DNA of 64,000 nucleotides from Octopus vulgaris. Its lineage: Eukaryota. This document shows positions 50,706 through 63,156 of the stretch, one piece after another. Each line of letters begins with the position of its first letter. Within the stretch, counting starts at the first letter, position 1. A program made the position numbers and the translations under genes. Where the stretch lies: positions 95,914,001 through 95,978,000 of the forward strand of contig OX597823.1 in the NCBI GenBank assembly GCA_951406725.2. Reading direction: 5' to 3'. The notes under the pieces were generated by a model, which was not told the origin of the DNA, ran no database searches, and was given only the letters and a program-made list of their open reading frames with translations.

Positions 50706-52569
50706 GCTTCATTTTTGTATCTGGTTTGCAAGATTCTTTTCGTGAATTTGTGTGTTGAAACATTTTGTGTCTGGGGAAAGTTATTGTGCTGATATTATTA
50801 ACACATGCATTTGTTCAATTAGTCTTTTAACTATGGCCATGCTGGGGTACCACCTTGAAGTGTGATGAATTGTAGTGAAAAATAAAAGAAGCAAAATGTG
50901 CAGTAATTTTATATTGGACAATGTATATATATATTTATGAAATAAAATATTTGCATAGTCAACTGGTTTCACTTGTGCTAATCATGACTAAGAAGTTAGC
51001 GATAATATTACAATTTCATGCTATCATAAGTTTTCATTTCATGTTGGTAGGAGGAAGGATGTGAAGATCCATGGCCTAGTGGTTAGGAGTGTTGGGACTT
51101 GTGATTGTGACATTGTAGCTTTGAGTCTTAGATTCTGTGCATTGTGTTCTTGAGCTAAAACACTTCATGCTGCCTCAGTCCACTCAGCTGTAAATAGGTC
51201 ACCCTGCAGTGGACTAGCTTTCTGATCAGTGGGGGGAGGGTTGGCCTGCTCACCTGGCCAGCAGAGTGGCAACTGTGAAAGGCTAAAACAATGTGATGTG
51301 CATTGTGACCAGTGATGTATAACTCCATCCAGTAGTCTGGTTGATACTGTGACACATGTCTATGTAGTTAAGATGGAAGAGCTCTGTATGGTCATCATCA
51401 TTTAACATTGTTCTTCCATACAGCCATGGGTGGAATGGCTCAACAGTATCCAATGCATCAAGGTGCTGTCAAGTGCCAGTATTTGCTTTGGTGTGGTTCC
51501 TGCAGTTGGATGCCCTTCATAACACCTGAAAGAGTATGTACTGGGTGCTTTTTCATGGCACCTGCACCAGAAAGGTTTGCAAATAACTTGCAAGAAAAAA
51601 GAAAAAGAAAAGCCCTTAGTGCTGAGGTGGTGGTGGTGGTGGTGGCATTGTGCCAGGTGATGAGAATTCAAATTATGATAGAGGGGCAGGAAAAGGTGTT
51701 TTGCTGTTGGAGATACAATGCTACCTTGCATTATATAAGGGTGGGTTAAAGTAGCTGGAAAGATCTATATCTTTTATCTTTCTTTTACTTGTTTTTTAAC
51801 TTTTTTAACAAACATAACTTCCTCACAGTTTCTGTCTACCAAATTCATTCACAAGGCATTGGTCAGCCTAGGGCTATAATAGAAGACACCTACCAAAGGT
51901 GCTGTGCAGTGGGACTGAACCCCAAACCACAAGGTTGTGAAGCAAGCTTCTTAAACTTTTAGTTGTGCATGTGCCTTATATCTATAACCCTACTCACATA
52001 AATTTATCTTGAAATTACTGATGGTGAGATGGAGTGAATCATTAAGTTACTGGCTGAAATATAACAGACTAGTTTCTAAATAGAATCAACTTGAGGTCCT
52101 TCCAGAATGGCTTTGTCTTTCATCTTTCCACTACTGACCAAAATCAATGATCTGTAATGGTATCCATGTTATTGATTAGATTCCATTCATTCAGTCATTG
52201 ATGTTGCATCTGTTTATGAAGACTTCTGTTTATTATTTATATTTATTATAAGAGAGAGAAATGAGACCATTTAATGAGATGAAATGAGTACCAGTTAAGC
52301 ACTGGGGTCGATGTAATCAACTTGCCCCATTCCCTTGAAAAATTTCAGGTGTTGTGCTTTTTGTAGAAAGGATTATTACGAGGGCTGAATTATTCGATTG
52401 TTGGTAAAAATATCTTATGGCACTTTACGTTTTGTGTTGAAATCTCACCAAAGTAAGCTTACTTTTAATCTTAAACTGGGTTGATAAAATAAGTACCAGT
52501 CAAATACTGGGGTTAGTATAAATCACTCCACTCTCTCAGATTTCTGGGTTTGTGCCTAAGAAAGAAATC

Positions 52570-52810
52570 CTGAGATGGACACAAGCAGAGATTGACCAAC
52601 TCGATTGCACTACCCGAAAGACAATGACATTGCATGGTACCATCCACCCTAAGGTAAATGTACACAGGCTCTACAAGAAGAGTGGTAAAGGTGGACGTGG
52701 GCTGATTAGTGTACAGGAGTGCATCAATAGTGAGAAACATGGCAGAATATTTGGTAAACAGCAAACAAGACACACTACAGTATGCTGCTGGTGCAGAAGG
52801 AGTTAACAAA
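52570..52810 (+). pseudogene. Non-LTR retrotransposon fragment, R4/Dong-like post-RT region
   Basis: WTQAEIDQLDCTTRKTMTLHGTIHPKVNVHRLYKKSGKGGRGLISVQECI fits the LD..TRK.....G..HPK....RLY..R..GGRGL motif of RLE-type (R4/Dong) elements. Confidence 0.75.
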
Positions 52811-53298
52811 AATAGACTTAAGAGTGCTCATGAAATCCCTTAGTCTTGGGTTCCTCTATAAGTTTGCTCTAGCTTTCCCCTATATCAATTCTCAGCAGTC
52901 TAGAAGCCCTGCAATTGTCATACTTGCTACTCCTTTTCTTGCATGGTTTAATTCCTGTCCAAATTGTTGGTAACGAAAGCTTTGGAATTCTAAACAGTAA
53001 CAGGATGTCTTTTTGTGTGTGATAAACTCTTTGACTAGTGGTGTTTATAGATGGTTTGATATTTTGTGGTATGATATATGTTTAACAAATCCACTTATGA
53101 TGTCATGGTCAGCCCAAGGCTATAGCATTTGCCTAAGGTGCCACTCAGTGGGACTTGAACCTGAAACTGTGTGGTTGGGACACATACTCCTCACCACACA
53201 ACCATACCTGTGCCTGATATCAGTGCATTTCAAAATTATTCAAATGTTCTTAATTCCCACTGCTGTGCACATGGTTGCATTAGTTTCTGTATGAGGTA

Positions 53299-53332
<34 letters not shown>

Positions 53333-54589
53333 TTCCACTTGTTGGTCTGGTGCGTACCGGAGTAAATATTCATATATATTTCTGTGCTCTGTTCAGGGTA
53401 TTACTCAGTAAAGAAAGAGATCTTAGATCAACTTCCTTCATCTAACCATCCCCACTGCTGCCATCAAAGACCTCACCACACTGCAATCAACACTGAGTTC
53501 ACACTCCCATTAGCACACTTAATCCTGCCTCTGCTCATCCTCACCCCACTCCTCTCATCTGCCGTTTCTACCTCTCCCCACCATCTACGGTTTCTGCATC
53601 ACTACGGCAATCATGGTTCTTTTCACCTTGGTGGTGGTGGTTGAATCGAGGATAAATTTATGAGGATTCAGTTTCTGAAGGTATTGAGAATAAACTGAAG
53701 TTTTGTCTTTAGTCATAGGTTAATCTTTGAACAAACAGTTGTAGTAGCTGCTGCTGCTACCACTACTACTGTTATTTCTCAAACGATTGAGATGGCTGAT
53801 TAGGGAGGGTGTCTGAGGGGGTTGGGAGTGGATGCAAAGAAATTGAATAATCTTTTGCACACTTAGAAAAAAAGGGGGTGGGTGGGTAGGCTTAAATTCT
53901 TCATAGTTTTAATTTTAACATCATTTTAATATTTTTTTTTTCAGTATTGACTTTTCGCATTCATTATTTTTTTTTTTCCTCAGTAAATTAAATTCAGCGT
54001 CATTGGCAGGGAAGATAGTATTACCTTCTGTGATGTCATCTGCAAAGAATTCAGTCTGAACTCCCTCATCCCCCTCTTTTTATTTTCAGAAAAGAAAAAA
54101 GGAAAATGATCAAAAGTTTTCTAAATTCAATACATTGAGTCTTTTTCGGCACTTTTTCTCTTTTCTTCCATTTTTGTTCTTATTTTGTATTGCTTTAGCA
54201 AACATTAGCAGTGCGACTGTAAGTTTTTGTAAGAAGCAAGTTTGTAGTGCCCCCCCCCCCCACCTCAGTTATCCGGTTAGTGTAGCAGTACATATTTTGC
54301 TAATGTCTTCTTATTAGTAAGGGCATAAACACTACAAATCCCCATGTTATCACTTGAGAACATATTTGAAGCTGCAATATTACTTCAATAGCTCAATTGT
54401 CTCAGAAAATACTTTCTCAATTCCTGCCAGAAATTCCTTAATTTACTTTGCTATATTCTGTTGTGCCATTTGCAAATGTATGGATTTTGCAACTTCCCTT
54501 TAAAAACTTTAATTTGAAATTTAATTAAAAAAGGAAAAAAATTAGCAGTATCATGGTAATTGTTGTTGAGGGTGTATTTACCGTCTTTC

Positions 54590-54870
54590 ATCTTCATCAT
54601 TTAACATCTGTTTTCCATACCGACATGGGATGGAGGATTTGACAGCAGCTGGCAAGGCCAGGAGTCACACTAGGTTTCATAGTCTGTTCTGGCATGGTTT
54701 CTACAGCTTGATGCCCTTCCTAATGCCAACCACTTTACAGAATGTACCGGGTGCTTATGCGGCACTATCACTAGTGCTTTTTACATGGCACCAGCATTAA
54801 TGCTTTTCAAACATGGCACCATCACCAGTGCCTTTTATGTGGTACCATCACCAGTGCCTTTTTTTACAGG
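54590..54870 (-). mobile_element. Family B retroposon with short VNTR
   Basis: catcatttaacatctg terminus, gatgcccttcctaatgccaaccac, and four ~26-28 bp ggcacca.cac.agtgc.ttt repeats. Confidence 0.75.
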
Positions 54871-55451
54871 GGACCAATTATATATTAGAGTGTTGTTTGA
54901 TATCATTATAATCTACCATGGGGACATGGTGGAGAGCTTTTGGCTTTCATTGGTTACTGCCTAACAATATATTGTGACAAAGTATCTCAGCGAGCAGAGA
55001 GTTGCTCCGGGTTGAGCTGCTACTTCTCTGCTTTGAAAGGTCACAGCTTTGTTAGTACAGGCAGAGCGACAGCTAAACTACTAGATCAATGAAAAATGAG
55101 AAGGTTTGATAATATCCATAGTCTCAATTGGTCAAACTTAATCTAGCTGGAAACTTATGACGTTTGCTTCTGATTGAATGTTATGGAGGCAGTGCCTGAG
55201 GTCTCTGTCCTCAGAAATAGTGGGCGGAGAAGATGGATGGACATATTGGGTAAAGATTGTTTGCCAACATAACATGGCAGTCCTGGTATAGGACTAATGT
55301 TGCTGTAATTTAGCCCTAGGAGACATTGTCTCCAGCTGGCTATACAACACGATCTGTTGCTGAATATCTCATGTGAGAATTAAAATTAGTAATTTTCAGA
55401 TATATTGGAGTTTTGTAAGCTTGGTCACACACACACAGGCGCACACACAGG

Positions 55452-55501
<50 letters not shown>

Positions 55502-55645
55502 ATGAAGGAATAGGGATTTAGAATACAAGAAGGTACCCTATTAGTACTCTGATATGATCCAGATCTCGCCAACCACATTGAATGATAGGGAACTTACAGA
55601 ATATCGTACTTCATCGATAGGTAAATTCAGAGTTTGCTTCATTGG

Positions 55646-55683
<38 letters not shown>

Positions 55684-56707
55684 CAAAGGTTAGACAGAAA
55701 AGGGAAAAATAGACGAGAAATGGGTGAAAACATAACGAACAGTAAAAGGAGACAAAAATGTGAAAGAAGGAACATTTGCAGCTGATTTTCTCATCAGTTG
55801 GTTTCCAAGACATCTTAGTGGTTTCGCACCTGTTGCTGTGTGATGATGTCTTGGTTTGCCTATGAAATCTCTTAGAGAACTTTCTTCTTTGACATCTTGT
55901 CTGGAATACGCATATTGATTTCACTGAAGCTAGTTCCTTAAAACTTAGTATTCTAGGCACATTTTATTGCTGAAGGGTTGACTTTAGTATTGATTTTTTT
56001 TTTTGTTTCAAATTGCTTTTTTTTATTTGCAATATTTGTGTCATCATGCTGGTTGTTAGGCTGTAATGTCAGGACATGGATTTGTTATCAGCAGGCATCA
56101 TATCAATGATTGTGTCATTGAAATCCCTCACATGTCAGCTGAGTCTTTTAATCCCTCTGGGATTGGTTAGAAAAAAGGTGGAGTGATTGGACTGTTATTT
56201 ATTGAATTAACCACAGGTATGATGTCTGTAGTTTTGAGACCTGACAACCATCATATATTCATTCATTCATTGTTTAATGTCTGTTTGTCTATACAAGTGT
56301 AGGTTTCAACAGGGAGTTATTTGAGGCAGGATGTCCATGGTTGGATGCTTCTGTCAACAACTCTGACTTGTTTTCAAATAAGGGATTTTTATTCGAGAAG
56401 TCTTCAAACGCACAGAGTGACTGGTCATAATGTGGGACACCAACATTCATGAATGTGTGCACACAGTGTATGAATGTCATAAAATCCATCTGCAATATTT
56501 AAAGGCTTTGTAATTAACACATTTATTAAACTCCAATACATTATTACAACACAATAGATACTAGTTTCAAATTTTGACACAAGGCCAGCAACTTTGGGGG
56601 TCACGTTTTCTTTGAACCCTTACAATCCTGTTCTGTTCAGCAACTCTGTTGGTACTGCTTCCCTTAGCAGAGCAGTCTTGTGCTTGAGTCCCCCAACTCC
56701 TACATGT

Positions 56708-56929
56708 ATTCTTTTCTACTCTAGGCACAAGGCCCAAAACTTTTGGGGAGGGGAGGGTGCCAGTCGATTAGATCGACCTCAGTACGCAACTAGTACTTAA
56801 TTTATCGACCCCAAAAGGATGAAAGGCAAAGTCGACCTCGGCGGAATTTGAACTCAGAACATAAAGGCAGATGAAATACCGCTAAGCATTTCGCCCAGTT
56901 TGCTAACGTTTCTGCCAGCTCACCACCTT
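56708..56929 (-). mobile_element. Family N (Nin-domain) SINE, well preserved
   Basis: Minus strand AAGGTGGTGAGCTGGCAGAAACGTTAGC...GAGTTCAAATTCCGCCGAGGTCGACTTTGCCTTTCATCCTTTTGGGGTCGATAAATTAAGTAC... Confidence 0.85.
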
Positions 56930-57426
56930 AAATACATGTATTATACTTGTTTGTTTAACATTGTTTTTTTTTTTCTGTGGTTGCATGGATTTAGATGATG
57001 TATTTGAGGCAGGATTTTACAGCAAGATGCTCCTCCTGTCACCGACCCTTACCAAGTAAGGGATATCTCTATTTCACATGTCTTTGAAAGTGCAAAGAAA
57101 TCAGTCACAACCTCAACAGTGGATGTTGATATCAACACTGTATTGCTCTGGCGGCAACAACTTGGAATATATAAGCATTGATGCACTCACATATTCTCTT
57201 CATCAACTTCCCAAACATGGCATTGCTTGGCCTGGGAATATAGTAGAAGATATTTACCCAAAATGTTGTGCAGTGCAATTGAATCTGAAAACACATGGTT
57301 GCAAAGCAAGCTTCTTAATTACCACAGCCATGTGTGTGCCTATAGAACTGTGAGCCTCTCTGGTTTTCTGCATGTCAGGCGGAGAGCATACTTACCACTG
57401 TACTAGAGAAACCCTCTCCCCCTCTT

Positions 57427-57512
<86 letters not shown>

Positions 57513-57529
57513 TGGTGCTCACATGCACA

Positions 57530-59115
57530 CACTGGTGTTCATAAGTATTCATAATGTCTAGAATAAAATTGATTTTTAAAAAAATATTCCTCTTATCACT
57601 AATTGGTTTGTAATATCTTTTGTATATTATTTATACTTTATTAATATACACAGTTTCATTTAATTATTAATTTATTTTTACCAAGGATAACAATCAAAAT
57701 TCACAAAATTATAGGATGACGTGTGTGCAAAATTATTCGTTAACATTTTGTTTAATAGCTAATTGTGAAGCCTTTATTATTAATAATCATATTTGATCTT
57801 TTTGTATAACTAGAAAACTAACTTAACACAAATTTTTTTTTTATCAATTTGCCCATTCCTCATTGGCAGTCGTCTCTAAAATGTTCAAATTTTTTTGCAT
57901 CTTTTCTGAATCTGAGCTTTGAAGTGGTACCAAAGGTTTCCATTTGGATCCATGTCTGGTGTTATATCCTTTTCACTGAGCCATGCAATCACTAATTCCA
58001 ACATCTGCTTTGCATCATTATCTTGTTGAAAGATCCAATTGTTTCCAAGTGTCAACTCTTCTGCTGGCACTTGAAGATTTTCATCTAATATTTTGACATA
58101 ATCCTTCTTTTTTTTCATCTGGTCTTTGAAGCAACTAGTCATCCTGGGTTGGTTGCTGAAAAATATTCCCCAAAACATTGTTTCCACCACCATGCTTCAG
58201 TAGAAATGGAGTTTGGGGGTTGAAAAGTTTGCCCAGATTTCTCTCAAAATGTGGGTGTTCTTGATATGGCCCAAAAGTTCAATTCTGATCTCATCAAACC
58301 TCAGTGCCTTTGACCAAAACTGAGCAGCTTTCTTTAACATGCTTTTTTGCATAGTTTAGCTGAGCCTTATTGTAGCTGGGCTTGAGCAGGGTTTTTGATT
58401 CTTCTTGCTTTGTCATGTGCAGAGCCAAATGTCCACAATGCCCTCCTTGTAGCTGCCCAAACTGATTGATGACCTTTTTTGCTGTTGCCCTTAGTCCCCA
58501 CTCCATTCATCTCACCAGCCTTTGCATGAGTTCATCTTACCACTTTCGTTTTCTTCTCATCCTTTCTCTATTTGTCACACAATCGATGGTTTGATATTTC
58601 TTAACAATTGATTGCATAGTTAGTATTTTGACAGAAAACCATTTAGAAATCTTCCTGTATCCATTGCCAGACATGTGAGCTCTTACAGTCTTTTTCTCTC
58701 AGGTCAACATTGCTCTCTGTTTTTGCTTCTGCAGTTTTTATATACTAATTGAAATCACAAGAAAAAATGTCAATAGTATTGATATGTGTAAGGTTTTATT
58801 AATAATTATTAATAATAATATATTTGATATTTTTAATTTTTAATAGTTTTGTATCATTTTAAATCAATTTTTAAACAAAAATAGTTATTAAACAAAATGT
58901 TATAAATAATTTTGCACACGTGTCGTCCTATAATTTTTTGAATTGTGTTAAATTCGTTATCTGTTGCAAAAATAGATTAATATACACAATCTCATTTAAT
59001 TATTAAACTATATACAAAATAATATTAAAAAAAAATATTGTAAACCTATTGGTGACAGGAAGAGTATATTTTTAAATAAAATCAATTTTATTCTAAGTGT
59101 TTTGAGCACTGCTAC
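57530..59115 (-). mobile_element. Decayed Tc1-like transposon with long (~230-240 bp) IR/DR-type inverted repeats
   Basis: Inverted arms at ~57530-57760 and ~58883-59115, with motif gtgtKcaWaaKtatt at the outer and inner ends. Transposase remnants: GNGYRKISK, WIFQQDNDAK, PDMDPNGNLW. Confidence 0.85.
57800..58730 (-). pseudogene. Tc1 (DD34E-type) transposase pseudogene
   Basis: Frameshifted fragments in ORFs 58506-58294 and 58193-57885, plus an N-terminal HTH-like segment near 58720-58590. Confidence 0.8.
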
Positions 59116-59388
59116 TACTATACACACGAGAAAAACAAGAACCTGTATGCAGCTAGTATAGATGAGAAAAAGTGGCCAATATATGATGAAATGTGTTTGT
59201 TGACATAGTTCGGCTATTTTTGACAATTCATTTGTTCATCTCCACACAACAATATAAACAACTTCTAGGTTACTTGGTCCTGAAGATTAACTCACCTGGT
59301 TCTGTGTATATAACTAGCATTGCTATGAAATGGTTGTAGTCCATGTTTTAGCTGTTCCATTACTTACTTTCTTGGATATATATATATA

Positions 59389-59812
59389 CTAGCAGCATAG
59401 CCCGGCGTTGCCCGGGTATGTAAGAGCCCCTAGTAGGCAACGACTAATCCCTGCGAAAACATGAAAACATCATTGCGCCTCCCAACGCGTGAACAGCCCA
59501 CGTAGAGTTGACCGTGGGCGAAGCACTATTCGCCCAACTGTAACCCAGCGACTTGTAGCGTTTGGCCTTGGGATTTATTGATGGAGTTGAGAGTTAAAAA
59601 GGTTGAGTTGCGTCCCCTAGACAGTCTGTGGTTTATGTTTCTGATTCTCGACCCCATGTCGAATTTATCAATTTTTTTCAGAACTGGGGCAACTTTTCAA
59701 AATTTTCGCTGCGTTAGTTTTTAATTATGACATTGGGCTATGTGTGTGTCAAGTTTCATCAGATATCGTTGATATAGGGTATGACAGACACACAGACAGA
59801 CAATATAGTATA
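59389..59812 (-). mobile_element. Non-autonomous Helitron-like element
   Basis: Minus-strand 3' end CCCGGGCAACGCCGGG hairpin followed ~8 nt later by CTAG|T; CpG-rich; set in (TA)n with no TSD. Confidence 0.75.
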
Positions 59813-59822
59813 TATATATATA

Positions 59823-60130
59823 TCATCATCATCATCATCGTTTAAGGTCCGCTTCTCATGCTAGCTTGGGTTGGATGATTTGACTGAGGCCTGGCGAACC
59901 AGATGGTTGCACTAGACTCTAATCTGATCTGGCAGAATTTCTACAGCTGGATGCCCTTCCTAATGCCAACCACTCCGAGAGTGTAGTGGGTGCTTTTACA
60001 TGCCACTGGCATGAAGGCCAGTCAGGCAGTACTGGCAACGGCCACACTCAAATGGTGCTTTTTAAGTGCACAGGAGCCAGTCCAGCAGCACTGGCAACGA
60101 CCTTGCTCGAATGTTTATTTCATGTGCCAG
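59823..60130 (-). mobile_element. Family B retroposon
   Basis: (CAT)n tail, ctggatgcccttcctaatgccaaccactccgagag core and VNTR units. Confidence 0.8.
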
Positions 60131-61102
60131 AATTTGTTATTGATTTTTCAAAACTAGAAAAGTTTGGTTCTGTGGCAGAGTATCAGTTCAAGGTTTGAAT
60201 AGAATCAAAAGAATTTGATTTTTGCTTGCCATGAGGTGTGAGGACCTCCCCCTCCAAAAACTGAAAATAAACTAATCCTTTTTAAAATATTGGCTGATGC
60301 CAACTCTTTAACTACTCAGATCTATTTACATCAGATTACACCAGCTTACGTTACTTTGTCTTTTGCTAAGCCTGTGCACCTTTCCACAAGTTTTTCTTTG
60401 CAGCTACTCACTGCTCTTACTCTTCTAACTACCATTAGTCGCTGCATGAAAATATTTAGTCTGTAAACAAAACTAGTAACATGCAGAGGAGGTAGGCGTC
60501 TGCATAGACTGCTAAAACTATTTTGGGGCAACATCCCCCTCGCCCAAATTTGTATTAGCTACCTTTTATTAAGGGGTTGAGTAAAGGTGTTGCTATTACC
60601 TTTTGTTAAAGGAACTGTTAGAGGTGTTAATGTTTAGCATTTGGTTTTAAGGGAATTACTGTAGGAGATATGACATGTTGAAATAGAGATCTTTGTTAGT
60701 TGACTAAGAGATGAGTTGTTAACAAAAATCATTCTGGGTTTCTGTGTTGTGATTTATCATTCTATGAGTGTGTGTGTGTGTGTGGGGGGGGGTCATTGCT
60801 TTTGTTTATCTCCAAGTCAGCCCTGATTGAGCACATCTATGGTCAAAGACATGACAACTCTGCTCATTTCATATTTTCTTTATAAAATCCACAGTATACC
60901 GAAGACCACAAATTCAAATGTGTTATTTTTAACTCTGTAGGGTGTCATTCAAGAGGAATTTGTGTGCTCTTTCTGGCAGGTCATTGCCTGTTTTTCTGTG
61001 GTTTCTATGGCTGGATGCCCTTCCTAACACTAACCACTTTAGAGAGTGTACTGGGTGCTTTTTATGTGGTACCATCACCAGTGCTTTTTACCTGGCATCA
61101 TA

Positions 61103-61154
<52 letters not shown>

Positions 61155-61155
<1 letters not shown>

Positions 61156-62391
61156 GAGGGGCGTTCAATAAGTAATGCCCCTGACCCACTTCCCATAGCA
61201 GTAGAGCAACGACACTTGGCACAGAGTTATGCATTTCTCCCATCGTTTGATACAGCTCTGGGGACCGTTTTTGTAGAAGACCCCAGCTTGGTCCTCCAAC
61301 CATGACGTGACTTCAGAAATCAAGGCTGCATCATCTGGGAAACGCTTTCCTTTCAAAATCAACTTCATGGCTGGGAAGAGGTGAAAATCAGAGGGTGCAA
61401 GGGGAGGAGTTCATAGCTGCACGCCTGTGCTTCTGATCTGGCGACACGCGACTTGTGGACCGGAGCGTTGTCCTGCAGGAGGAGGATGCCTTTGCTGATC
61501 TTGCCCCGCCTCTTGATTTTGATAGCTTCTCTTAATTTCCTCAAAAGTGAAGCATAATAGGCTCCTGTAATTGTGGTACCCATTGCCAGGAAATCTGTCA
61601 TCACTACTCCGTCCTGGTCCCAGAAGACTGTGAGCATAACCTTGTCAGCGGAGGGCTGCACCCTTGCCTTCTTTGGAGGAGGTGAGTCACGGTGCTTTCA
61701 CTGCATTGACTGGGCTTTGGTCTATGGATCATAGTGATGGACCCAGGTTTTATCCTGTGTGATCAGTCTTTTGAAAAATTTTGACTCATCTTCTTGGCAC
61801 ATCTCCAAATTCATCCTCGAGCACTCAACGCATTCTTGCTTCTGGAAAGGTGTGAGCAACCTGGAAATCCATCTGGCAGACACCTTTTGCATATGCAAAT
61901 GGTCATGAATGATAGTTTCCACAGACCCGGTACTAATCTTGACCTTATGGGCTATTTGGCGAATAGTTATGCGTTGACCTTCCAAAATGGCAGCCTCAAC
62001 TTGACGGACAGACGTCTCATCAACGGCAGAAGGGGGCGACCAGATCTGGGAGCTGTTTCCACAGAGTTCCGACTATGTTTGAATTCACAATGCCAGCGTT
62101 TTACAAGGCCATATGATGGGGCATCATCACCATAAGATACTTTTATTTCATCAAAAGTCTCCCGTGGTGTGCGTCCTTTCAAATACAAAAACCAGATCAC
62201 TGCTCGACACTCAACAGGCTCCATTTCACACTTGACTCAGTTCAAACACCTGTAAATCAGAAACCACAATTAGTTCAGAGCTGTAATTCGCCACTTAATC
62301 TATAGAGGTATAAATAAGTGCACATGCAAAATTTCAGCTAGATCGAACAACTGCAAGTGGGTCAGGGGCATTACTTATTGAACGCCCCTCG
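61155..62391 (-). mobile_element. Mariner transposon (DD34D class, irritans/Himar-like), near full length, inactive
   Basis: Perfect 37-bp TIRs CGAGGGGCGTTCAATAAGTAATGCCCCTGACCCACTT, TA duplication at both ends, 1237 bp long. Confidence 0.95.
61220..62224 (-). pseudogene. Mariner transposase pseudogene
   Basis: MEPVECRAVI...RSGRP, WISRLL (WVPREL-like), ITQDKTW, LLQDNAPVH, LAPSDFHLF, RWEKCI; frameshifts and stops, and the HPPYSPD part of YSPDLAP is deleted. Confidence 0.92.
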
Positions 62392-62706
62392 TATTTATAT
62401 ATATATATATACATACACATTCCTGAGACTGGTCTCGTGATGCTGAATTCCTGTAACTTGGTAAATGGTGATACCTAACGGGCACTGCATGAAGAATACA
62501 TCTTTTCACTTGTTTGAAGTTTTATCATTCTTAGATTTAATCTCAATATGTGTCTTCTCTCTAATGGTGTTAATAAAACAATTATGTTATTTTGGCTGGC
62601 TACACTACAAAATTACCACATTATTACAAAAATCCTTTAAAATACATCAATTATTATTTTCCAATATTGATTGTTGTTTTTTTAAACAATTTTTTCTTTC
62701 TTTCAG

Positions 62707-62790
62707 GCTTCGATGGATCTACCTCCTGACAAAGCCAAAGTACTCAAAGGTTACGACGATGAGAAAAAATGGGACCTTATCTGTGATCAG
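62707..62790 (+). CDS. FMNL: Internal coding exon (phase 0/0, 28 codons) of a formin-like protein, N-terminal GTPase-binding region
   Basis: Long polypyrimidine tract and ttttcAG acceptor, CAG|GTAATT donor. Peptide [28 protein letters not shown] matches the FMNL/Frl motif (S/A)M(D/N)LPPDKA.LL..YD.EKKW..ICDQ. Confidence 0.93.
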
Positions 62791-62959
62791 GTAATTTCTT
62801 CAAGTCATATATGTTTGTTTTTATCATTGTTTATTCTCTTTTTTTTTCATTGCTCTTTTATGATGAAAGTAACAGAAATTAGTTGTGGTTGTTTTTTGGC
62901 AAAATGAAATGTTTGGTGGATATAGCTTGTAGCCTTTTTGTCACCAACCCATTTCTGAC

Positions 62960-63156
62960 TGTTCCTGCTTCTATGATAGACATTTCATGTTCCAACTGCC
63001 CAGATCTAGCCTTTCACACCTAACCTTCAATGTCATACTAAAAATAGTCACGTCAAAATCCCAAAGCTATAAGGTAATTCCATAATTAATTCAAAGCAAT
63101 GTGAATAAATATGCCAATGGGTTAGAGTTAAGATAATCTGAATGCTAAAGAGTTAA
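62960..63156. mobile_element. piggyBac-like MITE, decayed copy of the 19224 family
   Basis: ccagatctagcctttcacacctaacc...caaagctataagg...ctgaatgctaaagagTTAA. Confidence 0.6.
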
